DNA of 64,000 nt from Polyangiales bacterium (GTDB lineage: Bacteria > Myxococcota_A > Polyangia > Polyangiales > Houyiibacteriaceae): the NCBI GenBank assembly GCA_965227405.1, contig OZ245758.1, forward strand, positions 2,868,338 to 2,932,337, in the 5' to 3' direction. Positions 29,964 to 39,683 of the stretch are shown here, one piece after another. Each line of letters opens with the position of its first letter. Within the stretch, counting starts at the first letter, position 1. Under the pieces are notes generated by a model. That model saw nothing but the letters and a program-made list of their open reading frames with translations. It had not been told where the DNA came from and did not search any database. A program made the translations under genes and the position numbers.

Positions 29964-30608
29964 GTGACACCCCTGCCCAGCCCCAATGCGTTTCGCGATG
30001 CTCTCGGTGCACGCACACCGATCGTGATTCCCGCCCTGCCTGGACGAACGAATCACCTCAACGCAGGAATTCTCGTTCCCCTTCGATGGCTGGACGACGA
30101 AATCGAAGTCATCCTCACGGAACGCGCGCCGCATCTCAGCAACCATCCTGGAGAGATCTGCTTTCCCGGTGGCCGACCCGAAGAAGGCGACGAAAACGCA
30201 CGCGCCACGGCACTCCGAGAAGCTGGAGAAGAGATCGGTTTACACGGTGCGGAAGTGCTCGGCGAACTCTCTTCGATTCCGCTCTACACCAGCGACTACC
30301 GACTTCACCCCTACGTTGCTCGTGTTCCGAACAAGGCACAACTCACGCTTCAAGAATCTGAAGTTGCGTCGCTGGTGAAGTTTGGGGTCCGCGAACTTCT
30401 CGACACCAAACTCTACGGCATTCCCTGGGAGCACGAAGGACGCGAACACGTGTCGCCGATCTTCGAAGCCCCGACCAAACTCGTGTTCGGCGGAACAGCA
30501 CATGCCCTGTGGGAACTCCTCGAAGTGGTTGCGCCGCTCTTCAACACCAAGGTGCCCAAGCTGATCACCGGCAAGTACACCTGGGGCGACGTCCTTCCGA
30601 AGAAGTGA
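29964..30608 (+). CDS. NUDIX hydrolase, CoA pyrophosphatase (NudL)-like
   Basis: 214 aa with the Nudix box GGRPEEGDENARATALREAGEEIGL (GX5EX7REUXEEXGU) and an upstream ILVPLR...EVILTER region, as in NudL-type enzymes. Confidence 0.7.
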   Translation: MTPLPSPNAFRDALGARTPIVIPALPGRTNHLNAGILVPLRWLDDEIEVILTERAPHLSNHPGEICFPGGRPEEGDENARATALREAGEEIGLHGAEVLGELSSIPLYTSDYRLHPYVARVPNKAQLTLQESEVASLVKFGVRELLDTKLYGIPWEHEGREHVSPIFEAPTKLVFGGTAHALWELLEVVAPLFNTKVPKLITGKYTWGDVLPKK

Positions 30609-30615
30609 CGCAAAG

Positions 30616-31071
30616 CTAGCGAATCTTCAGCTTGGCCTTGGCCAGCTTCAGCACGTGCTTGAAGTGCGGTTTGTCCACGGGGGTGATGCTGATGCGCATC
30701 CCCTTACGCGTCACCGCCATGTCGGTCAGCGCGAGATCGGCCTTGAGTGTCTTCAGATCGATCACGGCGTCGAACTTCTCTACAAACTCAACGTCGACCA
30801 AATCCCAACGCGGCGCTTCCTGCGTTGCCTTCGGATCGAAGTACTTGCTGTCGGCATCAAACTGCGTGGGATCAGGCCGCGCCTCACCCACAATCCGCCC
30901 AATCCCAGCAACACCCGAGGGCTTGGCGTTCGAGTGATAGAAGAGCATCAAGTCGCCCTTCTTCATCTCGCGCATGTAGTTGCGCGCTTGGTAGTTGCGC
31001 ACACCATCCCAGCCTTCTGGACTGTCGCGCTTCAAATCGTCGATCGAAAACGCATCCGGCTCACTCTTCAT
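30616..31071 (-). CDS. EVE (PUA-like) domain protein
   Basis: The core begins YWLMKSEPDAFSIDDLKRDSPEGWDGVRNYQARNYMREMKKGDLMLFYHS, a typical EVE domain start. The true start may be a non-ATG codon a few codons upstream; the track extends to 31251. Confidence 0.65.
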   Translation of the reverse strand: MKSEPDAFSIDDLKRDSPEGWDGVRNYQARNYMREMKKGDLMLFYHSNAKPSGVAGIGRIVGEARPDPTQFDADSKYFDPKATQEAPRWDLVDVEFVEKFDAVIDLKTLKADLALTDMAVTRKGMRISITPVDKPHFKHVLKLAKAKLKIR

Positions 31072-31100
31072 GAGCCAGTAGTGCCTCGCGCGCTTACCCA

Positions 31101-31607
31101 CTACTTGCCGAATGTTCCGTTGAGGAACTGGTTGGTGTAGCCGGCGCTCTCTTCGTAGGTCTTCTGGATTTCCTTCGACACGAAGTGCTCGAAGATTCCA
31201 CCGATTCCAAAGATCGTGCAGCCGACTTTGAAGTCCACGTTGCGCCAACACTTCGACTCGCCGTTGGGCTCGATGAACATCACGCCACTGATGTGGATCT
31301 TCTTGGGGAACACACCAGGAAGGACTTTGAACTCGTACCGGTTGTCACCAGCCGCATCACCGCGCTGCAGTTGGCCGTGTTCCTCAAACGACACACTCTC
31401 GCCCAGCGCTTTCACCAAGACCTTGGGTGCATCGACCACGGGAGTGATGTGGGTCTTGCGGACGCCGCTGGTGGGGTCATCCTCGAGGACCTGGTAGCCG
31501 AACTCGAGCATGTCGTACATCGCTCGGTTGAATCCGCCGAAGTGGATCTTGTCCCAGAACTCGCCGGGCGTGCAGTTGACTTCGTGGCGTACGCGGAACT
31601 CCTTCAT
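31101..31607 (-). CDS. hypothetical protein (possibly DUF2505/SRPBCC-like)
   Basis: 168-aa soluble ORF with good codon bias. The family assignment is tentative. Confidence 0.35.
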   Translation of the reverse strand: MKEFRVRHEVNCTPGEFWDKIHFGGFNRAMYDMLEFGYQVLEDDPTSGVRKTHITPVVDAPKVLVKALGESVSFEEHGQLQRGDAAGDNRYEFKVLPGVFPKKIHISGVMFIEPNGESKCWRNVDFKVGCTIFGIGGIFEHFVSKEIQKTYEESAGYTNQFLNGTFGK

Positions 31608-31663
31608 GGCGGCAAAGCCATAGCATTCGGATCCACCCTCGACCAGCTGCTAGCCTGAACCTG

Positions 31664-32092
31664 ATGCGTTGGCTCGTGACAGCACTTCTCGCACTTCTCG
31701 GTGGTTCGGCGTCGGCACAGAGTTGTCCAGAACCAACCGATAGCTGGGGTGACCCATGGCCTTCTTCGGTCGCCGGCCTTTCAGCTGACGATGCGACCAA
31801 GATTCGCTGTGCGCTGATCACTGCGCTCCGAGACGTGGATCACTTGCGGCCGGAAACCCGCGAACGGCTTCGCCATCGCCAAGTCGGCCCGGCACATCTC
31901 GACGCGAGTCGACCCAGAATCGGTTCGTTCTGGCTCAGTGTCGACGGTGGGGTGGTAACGCTGCGCGACACACTCTTCTTCAACGAACGCGTGCGCTTTG
32001 AGGTCGTGGTGCGCCTAGAAAAACGAGGCTCCCTCTGGCGAGCCACCAACGTCAGCGAGTCGGTTGCACACGCTCGCCGAAACAGACCCTAG
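31664..32092 (+). CDS. hypothetical secreted protein
   Basis: Signal peptide MRWLVTALLALLGGSASAQS. 142 aa. No domain recognised. Confidence 0.35.
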   Translation: MRWLVTALLALLGGSASAQSCPEPTDSWGDPWPSSVAGLSADDATKIRCALITALRDVDHLRPETRERLRHRQVGPAHLDASRPRIGSFWLSVDGGVVTLRDTLFFNERVRFEVVVRLEKRGSLWRATNVSESVAHARRNRP

Positions 32093-32095
32093 CGA

Positions 32096-32968
32096 TTACT
32101 CGGTGAAGAGCAGCGTCACGACGGTGATGTTGTCTTCACCACCGTTTTCGTTTGCTGCCGCGACCAAGTCGGAGGTCGCTTTTTCCATGTCTCCGTCGGC
32201 TGCGAGCGTGATGCGCAGAATTTCCGGGTCGGTGATCATTCCACTCAGCCCGTCCGAACACAGGACGTAGATGTCGTTGGCCTTGGGCTCGTCGGGAACC
32301 ATGTCGACAGCGACCGAGTCCTGCATTCCAAGCGCACGTGTAATCACGTTCTTGGGCAGTTCTTCGCGCTGCTCTTCGGTCATGTCCGGCATCACGAGCA
32401 GGTAGTCGTTGAGCAAGCTGTGGTCGCGTGTGAGCTGCGTGATCTCGCCATCCCGAATTCGATACGCGCGGCTGTCACCCACGTGCGCCACGTAGAGTCG
32501 CTCACGCTCCTTGGAGAAGAGAGCGCCCACAACCGTGGTTCCCATGCCGTGGACTTCGCGGTGCTTGATCGACGCTTCGAAGATCTTCCGATTGGCCAGC
32601 TTGATGCCGGTGATCAGTCGGTTCTCTTCGATGCTCAGATGTGGATCGAAACTAAAGGGCCAGGTCGCGTCTTCGTTTGCCGTGGCTTGGAAGAAGTTCG
32701 CGATTGCATGCGTCGCCATCTTGCTCGCGACGTCGCCCGCGCGGTGACCGCCCATGCCGTCAGCCACAATGAAGAGACGATGCTCCGGCAGGATGCAGAA
32801 GCTGTCCTCGTTGTGCTCTCGCTGGAGCCCCACATCGGAGAGTCCTGCTGCCACGAAATTCAAATGCGAACCTCTTGAAAATTCATGAGAACTGTCTGCA
32901 CGAACGGGCGGAGCCTGGACGTTCTTGTGATCTCGTTTATTGAGCACCGTGTCAAGGACGACGACCAT
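32096..32968 (-). CDS. PP2C-family Ser/Thr protein phosphatase
   Basis: PP2C motifs GLSDVGLQREHNEDSF and FIVADGMGGHRAGDVAS, with the C-terminal DGGEDNITV. Start set at MVVVLDTV because its CAT forms a CATG shared with the divergent lipoprotein start. Confidence 0.75.
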   Translation of the reverse strand: MVVVLDTVLNKRDHKNVQAPPVRADSSHEFSRGSHLNFVAAGLSDVGLQREHNEDSFCILPEHRLFIVADGMGGHRAGDVASKMATHAIANFFQATANEDATWPFSFDPHLSIEENRLITGIKLANRKIFEASIKHREVHGMGTTVVGALFSKERERLYVAHVGDSRAYRIRDGEITQLTRDHSLLNDYLLVMPDMTEEQREELPKNVITRALGMQDSVAVDMVPDEPKANDIYVLCSDGLSGMITDPEILRITLAADGDMEKATSDLVAAANENGGEDNITVVTLLFTE

Positions 32969-33542
32969 GCGAACCCACCGGATTTGCCTCGCTTTGGCCC
33001 TTTGCGCGGGATGCGGCATCGGTGGCACGCCCGATCCGCGCGAGTTGGAAGGGGCGATCGGCTATTTGGCGGTCGCGCTCGAGCGCGATGATTCGGCCAT
33101 GCTCTTCCGTGCAGTGGACGCCCGGGCCCGGCACGCGATGATCTCGATCGTCGCGGATCGGCAGCGTGCGGCGGAGGTGATCCGCGCGGACTACCCCGAA
33201 GATGAGCAAGAGCGCGCACTGACAGGGCTTGGAGACGCTGCAACGGTTCAGGACGCGCCCGCACTTTTTGCACTTCGATGTGGCGCGACATGCCGGCAGG
33301 AGTTGGGCCAGTTGTTGGGCGCACCGAGTGAGCAACGTCAGGATGGCGCCGAGCTGGTCGTGACCACGAGTCGAGGTGGAACCCTGCGCTTCCATAAACC
33401 CGATGGCGCGGATGCTTGGTACGGCTGGGTGTGGGAAACGGAGGCACTCGACGCGGAGCGAGATCGAGCCAACCGTGACTTACGTCAAATCGAAGAAAAC
33501 GCCGAGACGTACCGCCGACGTCGAGAGTTGGATCAGCGGTAA
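32967..33542 (+). CDS. hypothetical lipoprotein
   Basis: Start at MRTHRICLALALCAGCG (lipobox). About 191 aa, helical and Arg/Glu-rich. Divergent from the PP2C gene. Confidence 0.4.
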   Translation: MRTHRICLALALCAGCGIGGTPDPRELEGAIGYLAVALERDDSAMLFRAVDARARHAMISIVADRQRAAEVIRADYPEDEQERALTGLGDAATVQDAPALFALRCGATCRQELGQLLGAPSEQRQDGAELVVTTSRGGTLRFHKPDGADAWYGWVWETEALDAERDRANRDLRQIEENAETYRRRRELDQR

Positions 33543-33934
33543 GCAGCACCGCTTTGATCGGGTGCGATGACCAACATGGTTTCGATCGTTTGGTCGGATG
33601 TGTTGACGGTCACCACCTGAGTGGAAAGCACGCGACCGACCAATGAGTGAGTCAGCTCAAGGGTGGGTCGGACATCGCGCGAACCCACGTTGACGCGGTC
33701 GCTGAACACTCCGCCCTGATGAAAGAGCCAGTGCGCGGCGTAGATCACTCCGTCGTCGAGGTCTTTGATCCACGGTTGTTGCGGCTCTTCGCGAACCTGA
33801 CGCCCACCCAGAGGCGTGGCGACCATTTCGCGGTACCAACGGATCTCCACGCGATGTCCGATCGGGACGGGGGCAAGCCCAAGAACGTGCACCGTGGTGG
33901 CATCGCGACTCATCGCGACTCGAGCATGCTGCAA
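33533..33934 (-). CDS. hypothetical protein
   Basis: 133-aa ORF with coding-like GC3. No recognisable domain. Confidence 0.3.
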   Translation of the reverse strand: MQHARVAMSRDATTVHVLGLAPVPIGHRVEIRWYREMVATPLGGRQVREEPQQPWIKDLDDGVIYAAHWLFHQGGVFSDRVNVGSRDVRPTLELTHSLVGRVLSTQVVTVNTSDQTIETMLVIAPDQSGAAYR

Positions 33935-33951
33935 GTGCTAGGGTCTGCGCC

Positions 33952-35007
33952 ATGTCGAAGAAGATCGCCGTGATTGGCGGCGATGGAATCGGTCCAGAGG
34001 TGGTGGCAGAGGGCGTAAAAGTCCTACAAGCCATGGCTGAACTGCGTGGTTGGGATCTCGAGTTGCTCAACTACGAGCTCGGTGCCGACCGCTATCTCAA
34101 AGACGGAACCACGTTTCCAAACGAGGTCGCCGATACGATCGCCAACGAGTGTGACGCGGTGCTTCTGGGCGCGCTCGGTGACCCACGCGTACCCGACATG
34201 ACGCACGCGCGCGACATTCTGTTTGGACTGCGCTTCGGGTTGGACCTGTACTGCAACGTGCGTCCAATCGTGTGTCTGCACGATTCGCTGATGCCCTTGA
34301 AGGGCTACAAAGCGAGTGACTGCAACTTCACCGTGTATCGCGAGAACACCGAAGGCATCTACGTCGGCGTCGGTGGTCACTTCAAAAAAGGCACGCCCGA
34401 CGAGATCGCGATTCAGGAGGACATCAACTCGCGCAAAGGTGTGGAGCGGATCATTCGCGCGGCGTTCGAATTGGCGAAGCGTACCGGCAAGAAGACCGTG
34501 CACATGGCCGACAAACACAACGCCATGAAGCACGCGCACGAGTTGTGGATTCGGTGTTTCCGCGAAGTTGCGACCGAGTATCCGGGCATCGAAGCCAAGC
34601 ACGTGTTCGTCGATGCGATGTGCTTGTTCATGGTGCAGGACCCTTCGCAGTTTGAAGTGGTGGTCAGCTGCAATCTCTTCGGCGACATCATCACCGACTT
34701 GGGTGCTGCGCTTCAGGGTGGCATGGGGATGGCCGCGAGCGGCAACGTGCATCCAGGCAAGGTCAGCATGTTTGAACCGGTGCACGGAAGTGCGCCTCCG
34801 CTGACCGGCAAGAACGTCGCCAATCCGCTCGCCACGGTGCTCACGGTGGGCATGATGCTGACCCACCTCGGACTCGAGGGTGAGCAGACGTTGATCGAGT
34901 TGGTTCGTAAAGCGATCGACACCGGCAACTGCACCAACGAGGTCGGCGGCTCCCTCGGAACACGCGAAACCGGCGACTGGATCGTCCAACAGTTGCGCGC
35001 TTCGTAG
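33952..35007 (+). CDS. isocitrate/3-isopropylmalate dehydrogenase family enzyme (tartrate dehydrogenase/LeuB-like)
   Basis: 351 aa with an N-terminal KIAVIGGDGIGPEVV and the family metal/substrate motif NLFGDIITDLGAALQGGMGMAASGN. Closest by motif to tartrate dehydrogenase/decarboxylase-type members, but LeuB is not excluded. Confidence 0.7.
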   Translation: MSKKIAVIGGDGIGPEVVAEGVKVLQAMAELRGWDLELLNYELGADRYLKDGTTFPNEVADTIANECDAVLLGALGDPRVPDMTHARDILFGLRFGLDLYCNVRPIVCLHDSLMPLKGYKASDCNFTVYRENTEGIYVGVGGHFKKGTPDEIAIQEDINSRKGVERIIRAAFELAKRTGKKTVHMADKHNAMKHAHELWIRCFREVATEYPGIEAKHVFVDAMCLFMVQDPSQFEVVVSCNLFGDIITDLGAALQGGMGMAASGNVHPGKVSMFEPVHGSAPPLTGKNVANPLATVLTVGMMLTHLGLEGEQTLIELVRKAIDTGNCTNEVGGSLGTRETGDWIVQQLRAS

Positions 35008-35037
35008 GAACATTTCCTAACCGCGCGAGTTTCGTTT

Positions 35038-36501
35038 TTGATGCGCAACTTGATTCTGCTCGGCTCGCTTGGCCTTCTCGGCAGTGCGGCGTGGCTTTGG
35101 GCGAATCGCGTTGCGGAAGAAGAGCCGCAACCACCTCCACAAGAAGTGCTCGAGGTCGAGCAAGCGAGCGCACAAGAACCACGAATCGTTCGCGTGGTTC
35201 CGCCTTCGTCGCCAGTACGTACCGTGATTGAAGCCGCAGGGTGCGACGAGAGCACGCCGCCTACGCGAGGTGGCTTGGGTGAGAGCGCGAACTTGGTGCA
35301 AAGCGAATTGTGGGATCGTGCGCTGGCCATCTTTCGCGCACGTGAAGCCAGTGCGGAGCTTCGTGATGGGTTACGCGAAGTCTTCACGCGCACTGGAGAT
35401 GTAGACCGCGGACTTGAGCAAATCGCGAGTGCCGCCGATCGCGTGGACTCCGGTTTTGACCACGCGACTTCCGCGGCGTTTACGGCAGCGCTTCGGGCGA
35501 TGGGGGACGATCGTTTCGAAGATGCGGAGCGCTGGATCGCGTGGTTGGACCGACAGGATCCCGAGTCACCACTGACGCCACTCGCTCGTGCGGTTCGAGC
35601 TCGCTACAACGGAGACGACTATGCAGAGCGTGACGGGATGCGCGAATCGCTACGACGTGATCCCGAGCAACCCGGCGTCGCGTTGACCTTGGCACTTCGA
35701 GAAATGCGGATTGGTGCCGCTGCGGACGCCCTGGATGCTCTCGATCTCTATCGCGAAACGAGCCCCGAACAGAACGCATGGGTCGATGCAACACGCCCTC
35801 GTTTGGTGCGCGCACAACAACTGGAATCGACGATGCGCACGATCGAACAAGACGGCCTGTCGGTGAACTATCCGCGTGATCTGAGCGTGAACGACGCCTG
35901 GCGAGTGCACAGCACAATCGTGGCGGCGCTGGATGAAGCCGCGCAGCTCTTTGCTCGCGAACGTCGACCGCAACTGCGCGTGGTGATCTATGCGTCGCTC
36001 AACGACTACCGTTCGGTTACCTGCGGGCCGCAGTGGAGCGGTGCTCGCTACGACGGAAGCTTGCGTGTTCCAGCGTCCCTTCTGGGCGGTGCACGTGAAC
36101 AAAGCACGTTGCGGCACGAGTCGCTGCACGCACAGTTGGCACACCTTGCACCCAACGCACCGCTTTGGTTGCACGAAGGACTTGCCCAGCGATTTGAACG
36201 CGAACGATCACGAGGCATGCAGCGAACGTTCGCGTTGATGGCGCGTGAACGAACCTACGTGCCCTTTCCTTCGCTGGAAGGAAGCTTCCTGGTGATCGAA
36301 GACGACGACGCAGCACGCTTCGCGTACCACCAGAGTTACGCGATGGTCGAAGCTGTTCTCGAACAGGAACCCAACGCGATGGCGCGCGCGGTCAATCACC
36401 TGCGAACCGGTGGTGATGCTTCGGAGCTACTCGGCGTGATGAACGAGGGCGGGCTGGACGGCGACACGTTGCTGCGGTGGGTCGCTCGGCAAGTCGACTG
36501 A
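35038..36501 (+). CDS. putative secreted zinc metallopeptidase-like protein (HExxH)
   Basis: Signal peptide MMRNLILLGSLGLLGSAAW. The C-terminal half has RHESLHAQLAH (HExxH) followed by LWLHEGLAQRFE, a possible third Glu ligand as in gluzincins. 487 aa. Confidence 0.4.
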   Translation: MMRNLILLGSLGLLGSAAWLWANRVAEEEPQPPPQEVLEVEQASAQEPRIVRVVPPSSPVRTVIEAAGCDESTPPTRGGLGESANLVQSELWDRALAIFRAREASAELRDGLREVFTRTGDVDRGLEQIASAADRVDSGFDHATSAAFTAALRAMGDDRFEDAERWIAWLDRQDPESPLTPLARAVRARYNGDDYAERDGMRESLRRDPEQPGVALTLALREMRIGAAADALDALDLYRETSPEQNAWVDATRPRLVRAQQLESTMRTIEQDGLSVNYPRDLSVNDAWRVHSTIVAALDEAAQLFARERRPQLRVVIYASLNDYRSVTCGPQWSGARYDGSLRVPASLLGGAREQSTLRHESLHAQLAHLAPNAPLWLHEGLAQRFERERSRGMQRTFALMARERTYVPFPSLEGSFLVIEDDDAARFAYHQSYAMVEAVLEQEPNAMARAVNHLRTGGDASELLGVMNEGGLDGDTLLRWVARQVD

Positions 36502-37494
36502 CGCGGCCGCCTGTCGCGCTTCTTCGGAGAGTGCCCCCAGCTTGCCCGAGAGCTGCGCGAACGGGTGGTGGTTGATCACTTCCGTCCACACTTCCTGCGG
36601 CACGATGTCGCGAATCGCCTTGTGGTAGCGAACCATGTCGTACCAGGGCACCGAGAAGTTGAGGTGGTGTTCGAAGTGCAGCGTGATGTTCCAGGGCATC
36701 AAGATCTGACGACCGGGAAAGAACGTACTGCGCGAACGCAGGAAGGGATCGGCCTCTTTGCCGATGGCTCCACCGTGCTCAAGCGACCCCTTGATGTGGT
36801 TCCACGCCGACAAGATGTGCAGTCCAAAGAAGAGTGCGCCCGATGCCCACGGGTTGACCAACCACGCAACAAGCGTGAGCACGATCGCCCAAAAGATGAT
36901 GAAGACGACGATCACGCCCTTGGAGCTGGTGCTCTTGCCGAACTTGCGCTTGCGCAACACCGTGCGCTCCAAGAACAGGTAGCAAGGGATGAACGCGTTC
37001 ATCAGCACGGTCTTGAGCAGTGCCCGGCCCACCAACGTGTTGGACTGTTGCGGATCGGCTGGTTCGAGCGGACGCACGTGGTGCTCGATGTGCCCTTCTT
37101 CCCAGTGCTTGATGTAGTGGGTTGCGAAGGGAACCGAACACGACCAACCAAACAAGCGGTTGATGCGCAGGTGCCAGCGTCGGTCTTGGAGAATGATGAA
37201 CATGCCGTGCGACGCTTCGTGCACGACCAAGATGAAGAGCGAGAAGTAGAGCAGGCCAAACACGCAGCCCGCGATCGGCAGGTAGATCCAGGGCGACAAC
37301 CAGTTGCTGGCAGCCACAGTGAGACTCAACGCAGCGAGTACTCCGCTAAGCGAGACCAAGTTGATCAGGTTGTGCTTCCAGCGAACCTTCTTGCGGAAGT
37401 GCCATGGTTGGCCAGCGCGGATCGCTTCTGCAATCCAGCCCTTTCGACGCGGCTTCTCAAGCCCCGCATCCGGCTGTGTGTGTCCCTCCTCCAC
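36427..37494 (-). CDS. membrane fatty-acid desaturase family protein
   Basis: Three His boxes (VVHEASHGMF, HWEEGHIEHHV, HFEHHLNF) in a polytopic membrane context. 355 aa. Its 3' end overlaps the convergent upstream gene by about 75 nt. Confidence 0.65.
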   Translation of the reverse strand: MEEGHTQPDAGLEKPRRKGWIAEAIRAGQPWHFRKKVRWKHNLINLVSLSGVLAALSLTVAASNWLSPWIYLPIAGCVFGLLYFSLFILVVHEASHGMFIILQDRRWHLRINRLFGWSCSVPFATHYIKHWEEGHIEHHVRPLEPADPQQSNTLVGRALLKTVLMNAFIPCYLFLERTVLRKRKFGKSTSSKGVIVVFIIFWAIVLTLVAWLVNPWASGALFFGLHILSAWNHIKGSLEHGGAIGKEADPFLRSRSTFFPGRQILMPWNITLHFEHHLNFSVPWYDMVRYHKAIRDIVPQEVWTEVINHHPFAQLSGKLGALSEEARQAAASVDLPSDPPQQRVAVQPALVHHAE

Positions 37495-37528
37495 AGCGCG
37501 CGAAGCGTAGCAGGACGGTTGCGGGCTG

Positions 37529-39283
37529 CTAGCGGCCTGCCGGACGACCGCCTTTTCGCGGGTCCGACGCGGCGATGAGCCGTCCGTTTCGAATCCGAAT
37601 CAGCTGAACATTGGCCACATTGCGGATCGTCCGGTGGACATGACCGCGGGCGAGCAGACCGGCCAACCGCTGCTCGTCCATGGGAGCAACCTCTTCGGTT
37701 CGGATCTCGTTGGGGACGGCCTGGTGATGGATCCGCGGAGCCTCGAGCGCCTCGTGTGGCTCCATGTCGAAGAGCAACTGGTTCATCGCAACTTGCTGCG
37801 TGGCCGTCACGATGCGGCTTCCTCCTGCAGCACCGGCGCACAACACCGGGCCGTTGTCGTCGAACACAATGGTGGGCGACATCGTGGACACAGGTCGCTT
37901 GCCCGGTCCGGGAAGATTCGGCGCACCACCCACCAACCCAAACGCGTTCACTTCGCCCACACCCCGTGCGAAGTCGTCCATCTCGTCGTTCATGACGATC
38001 CCTGCTGCGCTGTAGCGTGCACCGAAGGGGAGATTGACCGTGGTCGTCAGCGACGCGACGTTGCCTTCGCGATCGACCACGCACAGATGCGATGTACCTG
38101 CGTTGTCGGACTGCACCACGTTGTCTTCAGGTCGCAGCGGAAGATCGTAGTCGTCGGAGGGATTGGCCAACGCGGGATGAAACGCATTGGCGCGCGCCTG
38201 CAGCCGACTGGGGTTCATCATCTCGCCGAGTGGAAGTTCGACGTGATCGGGATCGCCAAAGTAGCGCTGGCGATCCAGGAAGGGACCTTTCCAGGACTCC
38301 GCAGTCGCATGAAGGAACGGAACTTCGGGACGCGCGCCTCCAGTGGGCCGCCAACGCTCCGGGATTCGCTCCAGAATCGCCAAGCTTTGCAGCATGGTGA
38401 AACCACCCGCACTGGGTGGCGGTGCCGTCACCCAGCTGAAACCAAAGTGGCTGGCGTCGAGTGGATCGCGACGGACAACTTCGTAGTCGCGCAGATCGTT
38501 CATGGTCATCACGCCACCAAAGCGGCGATTCGCTTGCACGATCTGACGTGCGATCCGACCTCGGTAAATCGCGTCGTGACCACCACGACCAAACGCTTGA
38601 AGGGTCCGTGCAAGTTGCGCCTGTCGAAGAAGGTCACCTTCGCGCATTCCGCCTTCGGCTTGAGGGAACCAGGTGCGCATCAGCGGGTCGCGTCGCATCT
38701 GTGCGCCAAAGAACGTACTCATCCGGGCCAGTCCGCTACTGACAGGTACACCGCGTTGAGCGAGACGCACGGCGGGTTGAACAATGGTCGAAAGTGGGAG
38801 CGATCCAAACTCGCTCACCATCTTGGCGATGCCTGCCGGTTCACCCGGAACGCCCGAAGCGAGCCCGAAGAGTTGCGATGCTTGGTTCGCCGGTCCGTCC
38901 ATGGGTGGTTCCACGTCGTCGTACATCGTCGGGCTTGCCGCTGCGGGTGCACGCTCGCGAAAATCGAGGAAGTGCAGCGAACGATCGCTGGCTTTGAAGT
39001 AGAGCAAGAAGCCACCGCCGCCCATGCCACTCGATGCGGGGTTGGCGACGCCCAGTGCGAGTGCAGTGGCTGCAGCAGCGTCGGCGGCATTGCCTCCTCG
39101 ACCGAGGATCTCCGCGCCGGCTGCACTTGCGAGTGGGTGATCGGCGGCGACAGCCATCTCCTGGTACTCGGCCCAGAACGTATCGGCGGTGCTGACCTCG
39201 CGTTCGGTGGGCGCTTGACCCGACAGTGCGAGCAAGAGGATCCCAAGCACGAGGATTCGGATTCGCATACTCCTGCCTAGCAT
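37529..39283 (-). CDS. gamma-glutamyltransferase (second paralog, secreted)
   Basis: Signal peptide MRIRILVLGILLLALSG. GGT motifs are present (TSHLCVVDREGNVASLTTTVNLPFGARYSAAGIVMNDEMDDF). The track ORF extends upstream to 39394; the start was chosen at the signal peptide. Confidence 0.8.
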   Translation of the reverse strand: MLGRSMRIRILVLGILLLALSGQAPTEREVSTADTFWAEYQEMAVAADHPLASAAGAEILGRGGNAADAAAATALALGVANPASSGMGGGGFLLYFKASDRSLHFLDFRERAPAAASPTMYDDVEPPMDGPANQASQLFGLASGVPGEPAGIAKMVSEFGSLPLSTIVQPAVRLAQRGVPVSSGLARMSTFFGAQMRRDPLMRTWFPQAEGGMREGDLLRQAQLARTLQAFGRGGHDAIYRGRIARQIVQANRRFGGVMTMNDLRDYEVVRRDPLDASHFGFSWVTAPPPSAGGFTMLQSLAILERIPERWRPTGGARPEVPFLHATAESWKGPFLDRQRYFGDPDHVELPLGEMMNPSRLQARANAFHPALANPSDDYDLPLRPEDNVVQSDNAGTSHLCVVDREGNVASLTTTVNLPFGARYSAAGIVMNDEMDDFARGVGEVNAFGLVGGAPNLPGPGKRPVSTMSPTIVFDDNGPVLCAGAAGGSRIVTATQQVAMNQLLFDMEPHEALEAPRIHHQAVPNEIRTEEVAPMDEQRLAGLLARGHVHRTIRNVANVQLIRIRNGRLIAASDPRKGGRPAGR

Positions 39284-39672
39284 CGCCGTGCCGGCGTGGG
39301 ATCGATTTCGTTGAAGTGCTCCCAGGCGTTCGCGTTCAACAGGAGGAGCTGCGCGTCTGAGATCGCACTTTTGAAGACCAATCCATCGCTCCAAAGGTTG
39401 ACGTGGCGCGCGCCCTTCATTCCGCTTTCCGGGCGAAGCTGAACCACAGTTTCAGGGCGTTCGAAGGAGACTTGCCCCGCCCCGAATCCGTATCGCCACA
39501 TCGAGATCTTCAGAGCGCGTTGGTCGGTGATGGCTTCAGCCAACTCCCAATCCTGAAAGTCGGCTCCCCAAAGAGCACCTTCTTCCACCAGCTTCGCCCA
39601 GAGAGCTTCGGCTTCTTGCCACTTCTTCACGGCAAAAATGGAGCACTTGAAGGGCCGAGAAGCAAGATGCAT
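39277..39672 (-). CDS. hypothetical protein
   Basis: 131-aa soluble ORF between the GGT paralog and gshB. No recognised domain. Confidence 0.3.
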   Translation of the reverse strand: MHLASRPFKCSIFAVKKWQEAEALWAKLVEEGALWGADFQDWELAEAITDQRALKISMWRYGFGAGQVSFERPETVVQLRPESGMKGARHVNLWSDGLVFKSAISDAQLLLLNANAWEHFNEIDPTPARRC

Positions 39673-39683
39673 GGTCCCTCACG

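Noticed and set aside
28880-30010. 15-nt near-identity (cgtttcgc[a/g]atgctc) between the interior of repeat copy A and the 5' end of the NUDIX gene
   Set aside because: A 14 of 15 match is within chance expectation for a 64-kb GC-biased window. There is no extended similarity.
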